Source: Oscillospiraceae bacterium | Lineage (GTDB): Bacteria; Bacillota; Clostridia; Oscillospirales; CAG-272 | Reading direction: 5' to 3' | DNA: 64,000 bases | Assembly: GCA_015063585.1 (NCBI GenBank) | Contig: SVTW01000001.1 | Location: 34,680-98,679, forward strand | Shown here: positions 56,519-64,000 of the stretch, piece by piece | How positions within the stretch are numbered: the first letter of the stretch is position 1 | Layout of the letters: every line of letters begins with the position of its first letter | The notes under the pieces: model-generated | What the model was told of the DNA's origin: nothing | Seen by the model: only the letters and a program-made list of their open reading frames with translations | Databases searched by the model: none | Position numbers and translations under genes: made by a program

Positions 56519-56573
56519 CAGCCTTTCTGATTTGGAGAATTTATGCAGATACGGATTATCCTATCTTATGATT

Positions 56574-57065
56574 TTATTGGTTTTTCTTTTTTCGTAACGC
56601 CTCAAAAAATTGACGTAAAAGCGCGAGAGATTCTTCTGCCATCACGCCCGACTGATAGAGGGGGGTGATTTCAAGCGGATAAGAGGAAAGATTTAAAACA
56701 CTGCCGCAGGCTCCCATGCGAGGATCCTTTGCTGCAAATACGACACGGGGGATTCTGGCATTGACCGCCGCTCCCGCGCACATGGGACATGGCTCTAAGG
56801 TAACGTAAAGCGTGCAATCCGACAGCCGCCAACGTCCAAGCGTTCGGCAAGCTTCGGAAATTGCAAGGCATTCGGCATGCGCCGTTGCGTCTCCGTCTCG
56901 TTCGCATCGGTTATGCGCCTGTGCGATCAACGTTTCCCCTTGCACGATTACAGCCCCAATCGGCACCTCTCCCGCATCAGCGGCAAGCGCTGCCTCTTGC
57001 ATGGCAATGCGCATCCATTTTTCATCCATACGATCATTGGAGCGATCAGAAGAAGCCATAAACAT
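56574..57065 (-). CDS. tadA: tRNA adenosine(34) deaminase
   Basis: CDA zinc motifs HAECLAI and PCPMCAGA; 163 aa. Confidence 0.9.
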   Translation of the reverse strand: MFMASSDRSNDRMDEKWMRIAMQEAALAADAGEVPIGAVIVQGETLIAQAHNRCERDGDATAHAECLAISEACRTLGRWRLSDCTLYVTLEPCPMCAGAAVNARIPRVVFAAKDPRMGACGSVLNLSSYPLEITPLYQSGVMAEESLALLRQFFEALRKKKNQ

Positions 57066-58068
57066 AATTTATCACCAAAATAAACAGGATTTGAAGTACC
57101 GAAAGGACCAAGAAAATGATCATGGAGGGTGTCATAAAATATTTTCGAACCGCAGCCGGTGAGATTGGATGAGAAGCGTACCCGTCAGCTACCGACGTGG
57201 ACCTTTCAAAAATCCCCTCCCGAAGGATCACGTCCTGCTTCGAAAAGCGAATGATCAGGATCGCAATTGATATAACACCGAGGATAAAGAGAACGGTCTC
57301 GAAAATATAAATGGCAATTGTGGAACGGAAAACATGGTCAATCCCAAGATAGACCATATCCTCCATTGTGGACATAAAGTTGTTGAACATATGCAACACG
57401 CTGCAACAAAGGAGGCTGTTTGTTTTCTCATAAACAATGCCGAGAAAAATGCCCGCAACAAAGGTATAAAGAATCTGTGCGGGGTTCTGATGCATCATAG
57501 AAAACAGAAAAGCAGAGATTAAAATTGCGTTTCCCCTGCCGAACGGACGGAGATTGGTTTGTATGGCACCCCGAAAAAGGAACTCCTCGCAAAATCCCGG
57601 AACCACGCAAAGCGCAATGACTTCCAAAACCCATTCAAAGCCAAGAGGCGACGGGTTTGTGCCGGGGATCAGGGACTCGGTTGAGAGCGGAACGTAGGAA
57701 ACGATATTGACAAAGGTTGCGTTCAAGCGCGCCGCGGAAAAGATGACGGCAACAGTTGCCGGCAAAAGCAAAAAGATCCACGGAGACGGAAGCGCTGACA
57801 TTTGCATGGGACGGTAGGGATAGTGCTTGGATCGAATCAAATGTCGGAACAGAAGGACAGGCAGCATAAAGCTGAGCATATACCCCGCGGCATAATAGAG
57901 CTGATAGACTACCGTTGCGGGAGTTGGATAGAAAAAGTGGTAAAACAGATCTTGCACAAAAACAAGTGAAATGCTGAAAAGATTCAAAAGCAACAAAAAA
58001 AGCAAAAGCGTCATACCCGCCGCCCCTGTTACTCTGCGGTAATAGGTCTCGTTTTTCGTCACCTGCAT
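57046..58068 (-). CDS. CPBP-family intramembrane glutamic endopeptidase (CAAX protease-like)
   Basis: Polytopic; EEFLFRG and FSMMH motifs; AAAGGAGG RBS. Confidence 0.8.
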   Translation of the reverse strand: MQVTKNETYYRRVTGAAGMTLLLFLLLLNLFSISLVFVQDLFYHFFYPTPATVVYQLYYAAGYMLSFMLPVLLFRHLIRSKHYPYRPMQMSALPSPWIFLLLPATVAVIFSAARLNATFVNIVSYVPLSTESLIPGTNPSPLGFEWVLEVIALCVVPGFCEEFLFRGAIQTNLRPFGRGNAILISAFLFSMMHQNPAQILYTFVAGIFLGIVYEKTNSLLCCSVLHMFNNFMSTMEDMVYLGIDHVFRSTIAIYIFETVLFILGVISIAILIIRFSKQDVILREGIFERSTSVADGYASHPISPAAVRKYFMTPSMIIFLVLSVLQILFILVINYVYGFF

Positions 58069-58162
58069 GCCTCCTTTCCGATTCTTTATAAAGTTACATA
58101 TTATTCTATCATAAAATTATATCATTGTAAAGTCTTTTCCTTAAAAAAATAAAACATTCCAT

Positions 58163-58199
58163 AAAATAAACAAGGGCTTCGTCGATTGGACGAAGCCCC
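58163..58199 (-). terminator. rho-independent terminator after the ABC ATPase gene
   Basis: GGGCTTCGTC/GACGAAGCCC stem followed by a T-rich run on the minus strand. Confidence 0.75.
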
Positions 58200-58212
58200 A
58201 AAATTGATAAAA

Positions 58213-59328
58213 TCAGTGGAGAATGCAACGCTCGGTATCTTTATCAAAGATATGCATTCTGGTCATATCAAAGCCAAGCTTAATGGTCTCGCCTGCGCGG
58301 GTCTTGGATCTCGAAGAAACGCGAGCGGTGAGTTTGCCCTCTTCGCCAACGTTGAGGTAGAGGTAAATCTCTGCACCCATAAGCTCGGTAACGTCAACGT
58401 ATGCATCAAGGGTTGCGCCCTCGCACTTGCCGATGTTGAGCTCATCATCGAAGATACACTCGGGACGGAGACCTGCAACGACTTCCTTGCCGATGTACTC
58501 AGCGAGAGCAGGATTGTTTGCCTTATCTGCGGGCAGCTTAAGCTCATTGCCCTCATAGATAAAGTAAACGTCGTTACCCTTCTTTACAAGCGTACCGTTG
58601 AGGAAGTTCATCTGAGGAGTGCCGATAAAGCCTGCAACGAAGATGTTAACGGGCTCATCGTAAAGTTTCTGAGGAGTATCAACCTGCTGGATCAGACCGT
58701 CCTTCATAACAACGATTCTCGTTGCCATCGTCATAGCCTCGACCTGGTCGTGCGTTACGTATACGAAAGTGGTTTCCACACGGTTGTGGAGCTTGGTAAG
58801 CTCGGTTCTCATCGCTGCACGGAGCTTTGCGTCCAAGTTGGAAAGCGGCTCGTCAAGCAAGAATACCTGAGGATCACGAACGATTGCACGACCGAGCGCT
58901 ACACGCTGCTTCTGACCACCCGAAAGAGCCTTCGGCTTACGGTCAAGAAGGTGGGTGATATCAAGAACGCGAGCTGCGTCCTCAACCTTTTTCTTAATGG
59001 TTTCCTTCGGAACCTTGCTCAGCTTCAAGCCGAATGCCATGTTTTCAAACACGGACATGTGAGGATACAGAGCGTAGTTCTGGAACACCATCGCGATCTT
59101 ACGGTCCTTCGGTGCAACGTCGTTTACAAGACGGTCGCCGATGAAAAGCTCGCCCTCGGAGATTTCCTCCAAGCCTGCGATCATACGAAGCGTGGTAGAC
59201 TTACCGCAACCGGAAGGTCCAACCAATACGAGAAATTCCTTGTCCTTAACCTCAAGGTTGAAGTCAGATACCGCGGTAACACCACCGGGATACTTTTTAT
59301 AAATATGTCTCAGAGATAAACTTGCCAT
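58213..59328 (-). CDS. sugar ABC transporter ATP-binding protein (MsmX/MalK/UgpC type), orphan of permease genes
   Basis: Walker A GPSGCGKST, LSGGQ, Walker B, C-terminal TOBE-like domain; GAGGAGG RBS. Confidence 0.9.
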   Translation of the reverse strand: MASLSLRHIYKKYPGGVTAVSDFNLEVKDKEFLVLVGPSGCGKSTTLRMIAGLEEISEGELFIGDRLVNDVAPKDRKIAMVFQNYALYPHMSVFENMAFGLKLSKVPKETIKKKVEDAARVLDITHLLDRKPKALSGGQKQRVALGRAIVRDPQVFLLDEPLSNLDAKLRAAMRTELTKLHNRVETTFVYVTHDQVEAMTMATRIVVMKDGLIQQVDTPQKLYDEPVNIFVAGFIGTPQMNFLNGTLVKKGNDVYFIYEGNELKLPADKANNPALAEYIGKEVVAGLRPECIFDDELNIGKCEGATLDAYVDVTELMGAEIYLYLNVGEEGKLTARVSSRSKTRAGETIKLGFDMTRMHIFDKDTERCILH

Positions 59329-59526
59329 TTTTTTATCCTCCTCATAACCGCATTCATTCGCGGCATTATTTTTATCGTATAATATTGTACCAAATTTTTC
59401 TCAAAAAAGAAAGAGTTTATTTCCCCAAAAATGAAGGTATATTATTGTGCATCTTGCACAACCCCTGTTTCGATTTTTGTTTTTTTAACAGAATTCGGCA
59501 GGTTTTGCTTTTAATATATTAAAATT

Positions 59527-61692
59527 TTAAGCTTTTGATTTCGATTTCATGGTCAAACCGATGCGTTTTTTCGCAACGTCAACACTCAACACACGAACCT
59601 TAACGATATCGCCGACCTTAACGACCTCAGACGGATGCTTTACAAAGCGATCGCAAAGCTGCGAAATATGCACAAGACCGTCCTGATGAACGCCAATATC
59701 TACAAACGCGCCGAAGTCAATTACGTTTCGAACGGTTCCCGTCAGTTCCATATCGGGTTTGAGATCCTCCAAAGAAAGAATATCATCTCGCAGAACGGGA
59801 GGCGGAAGCGTATCGCGGACATCTCGGCCCGGCTTTTCGAGTTCATTGAGGATATCAAAGAGCGTGGGCTCACCGATCGCAAGCTTTTCGCAAACGGCGG
59901 CAATTCCCGCCTTACGCACCTTATCCCCGAGATTTTTACCGATCGTTCCGTCCGCCACGTCCTGCTTGGTATATCCAAACATCTCAAGCAGCATAGCGGT
60001 TGCGGCATAGGACTCTGGATGAACCCCCGTATTATCCAAAATCTCTTTTCCTCCGGGTACGCGCAAAAATCCTGCCGCTTGTTCATATGCCTTCGCGCCG
60101 ATACGCGGAACCTTAAGCAGTTGGGCACGAGAGGTAAATTCCCCATTCTCCTCACGGTATTTTACAATATTTTTCGCGGACGTGATGTTAATTCCGGAAA
60201 TATAGGAGAGCAACGAGTAAGATGCGGTATTCAGATCCACGCCAACCGCGTTTACGCAATCCTCAACCACTCCGCCAAGCGCCTCATCCAAACGCGCTTG
60301 CTTCATATCGTGCTGATACTGACCCACGCCAATGCCCTTGGGATCGATCTTGATCAGCTCTGCCAAAGGATCCTGCAAGCGACGCGCGATCGAAACCGCG
60401 CTTCTTTGCATAACGTCAAATTCCGGAAACTCCTCGGCGGCAAGCTTGGATGCCGAATAGATCGACGCTCCCGCCTCGCTGACAACGATATATTTCACGT
60501 TTGCCTCGATCTCTTTGAGCAACTCCGCAATGAAGATCTCGCTTTCCTTAGAGGCGGTACCGTTTCCGATCGCGATTACATCGACCTTATGCTTTGCGAT
60601 CAGACGCTTGATGATCGACTTGCTCTTTTCAATTTCTTTTCTCGGTTCCACGGGATAAATAACAGCCGTGTCGACCACCTTACCCGTTTTATCAACCACT
60701 GCAAGCTTACATCCATGCGCATAACCGGGGTCAAATCCGAGCACGGTTTTGCCCTTCAGCGGCGACTGCATCAACAAATGGCTCAGATTATCGGCAAATA
60801 CCTTGATCGCGCCCTCGCTAGCGTTATCAAAAATGTCATTGCGGATCTCGCGCTCGATCGAAGGAGCGATCAAACGGTCATAGCTGTCAAGGATCGCCGC
60901 GGAAACGTATTTTTCGGCAGGGCTGTTATTGCCGAGCAGGATTTGCGCGAAAAGATAGTTGAGAACGATCTCGGAGGCAACCGAAACGTCAACCTTGAGG
61001 AAGCCCTCCTTTTCACCGCGATTGATCGCAAGCACGCGGTGCGGAAGCACCTTTTTGAGCGGCTCGGAATATTCGTAATACTGCGCGTAGACCGAATCTT
61101 CATCTTTTGCCTGTTTTGTGGTAAGAATACCAAATTCAAAGGTCAGACGGCGAAGTTCTTTTCGATATTCGGCATTATCCGAAATATCCTCCGCGATAAT
61201 ATCCTTTGCGCCTTGCAGAGCATCCTCTGCACTCGCAACACCCTTTTCTTCGTCAATAAACGCCTCAGCCGCAACCTCAAGCGCGGGATCATAGGATTCC
61301 TGCTGTGCCATCATCAATTCGGCAAGCGGCTCAAGCCCCTTTTCACGCGCAACAGACGCGCGCGTCTTTCTGTGCGGACGGAAGGGACGGTAAATATCAT
61401 CGACCTCGGTGATTGTTTTCGCCGCATCGATTGCCGCCTGAATCTCGGGGGTCATCTTTTCCTGCGCGGTGATCAGCTCGGAAACCTCTTGCTTTCTTTT
61501 CTCAATATTACGCAAAAAGGTCAGTCGGTCATTCAGGTCACGCAAAACGCTGTCATCAAGGCTGCCGGTTACCTCTTTGCGGTAACGCGCAATAAAGGGG
61601 ATCGTGTTGCCCTCGTCGATCAGCTCAACGGTTCGTTCGACCTGCTCTGTTTTGAGTTTAAATTCCTGTGCAAGTGTTTCAAGAATATTCAT
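59527..61692 (-). CDS. tex: Tex-like transcription accessory protein (S1 RNA-binding domain)
   Basis: N-terminus TIPFIARYRKE, YqgF-like and HhH regions, C-terminal S1 domain; trimmed to MNILETLAQEF. Confidence 0.9.
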   Translation of the reverse strand: MNILETLAQEFKLKTEQVERTVELIDEGNTIPFIARYRKEVTGSLDDSVLRDLNDRLTFLRNIEKRKQEVSELITAQEKMTPEIQAAIDAAKTITEVDDIYRPFRPHRKTRASVAREKGLEPLAELMMAQQESYDPALEVAAEAFIDEEKGVASAEDALQGAKDIIAEDISDNAEYRKELRRLTFEFGILTTKQAKDEDSVYAQYYEYSEPLKKVLPHRVLAINRGEKEGFLKVDVSVASEIVLNYLFAQILLGNNSPAEKYVSAAILDSYDRLIAPSIEREIRNDIFDNASEGAIKVFADNLSHLLMQSPLKGKTVLGFDPGYAHGCKLAVVDKTGKVVDTAVIYPVEPRKEIEKSKSIIKRLIAKHKVDVIAIGNGTASKESEIFIAELLKEIEANVKYIVVSEAGASIYSASKLAAEEFPEFDVMQRSAVSIARRLQDPLAELIKIDPKGIGVGQYQHDMKQARLDEALGGVVEDCVNAVGVDLNTASYSLLSYISGINITSAKNIVKYREENGEFTSRAQLLKVPRIGAKAYEQAAGFLRVPGGKEILDNTGVHPESYAATAMLLEMFGYTKQDVADGTIGKNLGDKVRKAGIAAVCEKLAIGEPTLFDILNELEKPGRDVRDTLPPPVLRDDILSLEDLKPDMELTGTVRNVIDFGAFVDIGVHQDGLVHISQLCDRFVKHPSEVVKVGDIVKVRVLSVDVAKKRIGLTMKSKSKA

Positions 61693-61733
61693 GTTGGATC
61701 GGGGTTCCTTTCTGTATCGTCTGAAAATCAATA

Positions 61734-62435
61734 TCAATGCTTTTGCAGCTCAGCAAGCTCTTGTGCGGTCAACTCCCGCCACTCACCGCGGCTGAGCGCG
61801 GGGTCCAATGTGAGTGCGCCAAAGGAGATTCGTTCCAGCTCTGTAATTTGGTTATGCACCGCTTCCATCATCAGCTTGATCTGATGGTATTTTCCTTCCG
61901 TGATCGTGATCACGCCGTCGCGCTCACCGTTGCGCGCAACTCGGCAGGGCTTGGTAAGATAACCACCGATGTCAACACCGGCTTCAAGCGCCATAATATC
62001 CGATTCGGAAAGAGGAAATTTAACGCGGAAGCGATAGCTTTTGGAAACATGGCTTTTGGGGGCAAGCAAGCGATGGGAAAGCGCACCGTCATTGGTCAGG
62101 AGCATCAGCCCAAGCGTATGCTTATCCAGGCGTCCGCACGGAAAAATGTCCATTCTGCGGTATTCCTCCGGCACTAGCTCGGTTACAACGGGGTCTCCCC
62201 TGCCGTCTTCCGTTGCGCTGATATATCCATCGGGTTTATTGAGCATCAGATAAACGTATTTTCGGTAACGAACAACGCTTCCGCAATAAACGACGCAATC
62301 ACGCTCAGGGTCCACCTGCTGGTCAGCCTTGCGCACCGAAATTCCGTTGACCGTAATTCTGCCCGCACGCGCGGCTTTTCCGCTCTCGGACCGTGTTGCC
62401 ACACCGCACTCCGAAAGCATTTTATCAAGTCGCAT
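61734..62435 (-). CDS. RsuA/RluB-family pseudouridine synthase
   Basis: N-terminal S4 domain (MRLDKMLSECGVATRSE) and the catalytic GRLDKHTLGLMLLTNDG motif. Confidence 0.88.
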   Translation of the reverse strand: MRLDKMLSECGVATRSESGKAARAGRITVNGISVRKADQQVDPERDCVVYCGSVVRYRKYVYLMLNKPDGYISATEDGRGDPVVTELVPEEYRRMDIFPCGRLDKHTLGLMLLTNDGALSHRLLAPKSHVSKSYRFRVKFPLSESDIMALEAGVDIGGYLTKPCRVARNGERDGVITITEGKYHQIKLMMEAVHNQITELERISFGALTLDPALSRGEWRELTAQELAELQKH

Positions 62436-62538
62436 GCCCTTTGCCTCCTTCTTTGGCTCTGATTCACATAACCGTTTTATTATACCACATTTCTCTCATT
62501 TTGTAAAGTTAAAATGAAGAAAAAACATAAAAATATAA

Positions 62539-62586
62539 GAAAAAGAAAGGTGCCCGAAATGCAAATTACATTTATCGAGCACCTTT
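62539..62586 (-). terminator. rho-independent terminator after mscL
   Basis: AAAGGTGCTCGA...TCGGGCACCTTT stem followed by CTTTTTC on the minus strand. Confidence 0.7.
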
Positions 62587-62598
62587 TCAGCTAAAATA

Positions 62599-63234
62599 TT
62601 ATTTTTTCAGATTGTCGCGAATTTCGCGCAGGAGAAGTGCCTGCTCACGAACGTTTGCGTAAAATTCATCGCGAATTGCCTGCTCTGCCGCTGCCGCCGC
62701 ATCCGCCGCTGCTTTCGCTTCCGCAGCTTTTGCATCTTCCTCAGCCTTCTTTGCCGCTTCTTCCGCTTCTTTTTTTGCAATTTCTTTTGCATTCAACGCG
62801 CGCTCAGCCTTGCGAATGATACGAACCGCAACAAACACACTGAGGGCGATAATGAAGAAATCAAGAATTGCCTGTAGCCACAGACCGTACTGAATGGCAA
62901 TCTCCGCCTTTTCTACGACCTCATCAACCACGACTTCTTCCTGCAAAACATACTTCCACTCGTCGATGCTGACACCGCTGGTGAAGTAGGTTACAACAGG
63001 GGTAATGATGTTTTTCACAAGTCCGTTTACGATTGCGTTGAACGCTGTGGAGATCACAACGGCAACGGCAAGATCGAGAACGTTTCCTTTGGTGATGAAC
63101 TTCTTGAAATCAGCAAAGAAGCTAACCTTTTCCTTTTTCAAAAGCTCACGCTGTCTTTTGCGAAGTGCCTTTTTCTCTTCGCGCTCTGCCTCTTTAATTT
63201 TCTGATCAATGACCTTCTTATCTTCGGATCCCAT
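62599..63234 (-). CDS. mscL: large-conductance mechanosensitive channel MscL with charged N- and C-terminal extensions
   Basis: Core FKKFITKGNVLDLAVAVVISTAFNAIV is the canonical MscL TM1 region; total length is 211 aa. Confidence 0.85.
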   Translation of the reverse strand: MGSEDKKVIDQKIKEAEREEKKALRKRQRELLKKEKVSFFADFKKFITKGNVLDLAVAVVISTAFNAIVNGLVKNIITPVVTYFTSGVSIDEWKYVLQEEVVVDEVVEKAEIAIQYGLWLQAILDFFIIALSVFVAVRIIRKAERALNAKEIAKKEAEEAAKKAEEDAKAAEAKAAADAAAAAEQAIRDEFYANVREQALLLREIRDNLKK

Positions 63235-63360
63235 GACAAAAAATCTCCTTACATTTTATTTGTAAGAAAATTATAGCACATGTTTCGGGATTCGTCAAGA
63301 ATTATTTGTATAAAAATAGAAAAATGTCGAATCAAACGGCTATCACACTGTATTTTTAGC

Positions 63361-63398
63361 AAAAAAACAGACGAAAAGCGATCTTTCCGTCTGTTTTT
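63361..63398. terminator. bidirectional rho-independent terminator
   Basis: A-run, CAGACGAAAAG/CTTTCCGTCTG stem, T-run. Confidence 0.7.
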
Positions 63399-63419
63399 AA
63401 TGTATTTTTGAAGCATGTG

Positions 63420-64000
63420 TCAAACCCGCTCGCTCAAAACGGTGGATCCGAGGATCAGAACCGCACCGATTGCGGAGAGGAGCGTCATCGGCTCACGCAG
63501 AACGATCAGAGAAAGCAGAATTGCCACAATGGGATCAAGATAGCTGAAGAGCGCCACCGTTTGTGCGGGCAAAGCCTTCATGGATCCAAAATAAAGCGCG
63601 TACGCGATACCGGTATGAAGAATACCAACCAGAATCAAAAGCGGAAGAACGTACCATGCAAGCGGCTCGGTGATCCGAGGCTCAACAATCAGCGTATAAG
63701 GCAAAACTACAAGCGCCGCCGACCCAAGCTGGATCGCTGTTTTTTGGAATGCCGGAATTTCTTTCAGAAATTGATTCAGAATCACAACCGATGCGTATAA
63801 AAGTGCGGCGGATAAGCCAAACAAAACGCCGCTTAGCTCGCTGATCCCACCAAAACCGGTTTCGATCACTCCCGAAACCAGGATCATACCGATAAAAGCC
63901 AAGACCATGCAACCGATGCGCTTCCCTGTCAAACGCTCATGGAGAATGATTGGAGAGAGCAACATTACAAAAAGCGGAGCCATATAATAGCAAAGCGTTG
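63420..64000 (-). CDS. EamA/DMT-family transporter (5' end lies beyond the window)
   Basis: Multi-TM EamA-like repeat pattern; the reading frame stays open to the window edge. Confidence 0.78.
   Translation of the reverse strand, partial: TLCYYMAPLFVMLLSPIILHERLTGKRIGCMVLAFIGMILVSGVIETGFGGISELSGVLFGLSAALLYASVVILNQFLKEIPAFQKTAIQLGSAALVVLPYTLIVEPRITEPLAWYVLPLLILVGILHTGIAYALYFGSMKALPAQTVALFSYLDPIVAILLSLIVLREPMTLLSAIGAVLILGSTVLSERV

Noticed and set aside
58186-59319. 377-aa ORF antisense to the ABC ATPase gene
   Set aside because: Same codon-bias artefact; the Walker/LSGGQ motifs identify the minus-strand gene as the real one.
59635-61884. 749-aa ORF antisense to tex and the rsuA-like gene
   Set aside because: It spans two real genes and their junction, its product is low-complexity and Arg/Leu-rich, and it has no RBS. 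It is a stop-free antisense frame artefact.
62620-62800. GC-rich GCC/GCT/GAA repeat tract
   Set aside because: It encodes the Ala/Glu/Lys-rich C-terminal tail of MscL. The antisense small ORFs there are artefacts.

Overview
This 64-kb window looks like a core chromosomal segment of a Gram-positive Clostridia-type Firmicute, at roughly 50% GC by eye. That placement rests on the ctsR-mcsA-mcsB-clpC operon, IreB, an L-box riboswitch and a HisZ-dependent his operon. I could not run any similarity or covariance searches. About 55 protein genes are supported.

Gene content:
- Cell-wall enzymes: an M14 peptidase, a D-Ala-D-Ala carboxypeptidase, PBP1A and a glucosaminidase-like exoprotein.
- A coupled 3-gene glycan module: priming phosphotransferase, GT4 and an O-antigen-ligase-like protein.
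- Housekeeping genes: prs, dxs, the complete ctsR-mcsA-mcsB-clpC stress operon, asnS, asnA, tadA, tex, an rsuA-like synthase and mscL.
- A 10-gene his operon led by a YerC/TrpR-like regulator.
- A GH4 glycosidase with a divergent AraC regulator.
- A dehydrogenase/1-phosphofructokinase operon.

I found no transposase, integrase, prophage, CRISPR array or recognisable defence genes.

The unusual content is at the RNA/DNA-structure level:
1. A single tRNA-Ser(CGA) lies at the 3' end of a long promoter-to-terminator unit. Its leader consists of two 189/190-bp tandem units. Each contains tRNA nt 1-30 interrupted in the D-loop by a 107-nt GC-rich element that is identical in both copies and folds as a three-way junction.
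2. Directly downstream is an array of mini-hairpins separated by ATGATG and then CATCAT spacers.
3. A lysine riboswitch controls an NhaC-family transporter.
4. A perfect 10-bp inverted repeat overlaps the his-operon promoter.
5. Helically phased GATCATA direct repeats lie upstream of the dehydrogenase/kinase operon.

Several very long antisense ORFs are judged to be codon-bias artefacts. I found no convincing novel protein-coding system. The tRNA-linked structured repeat is my best candidate for something undescribed.
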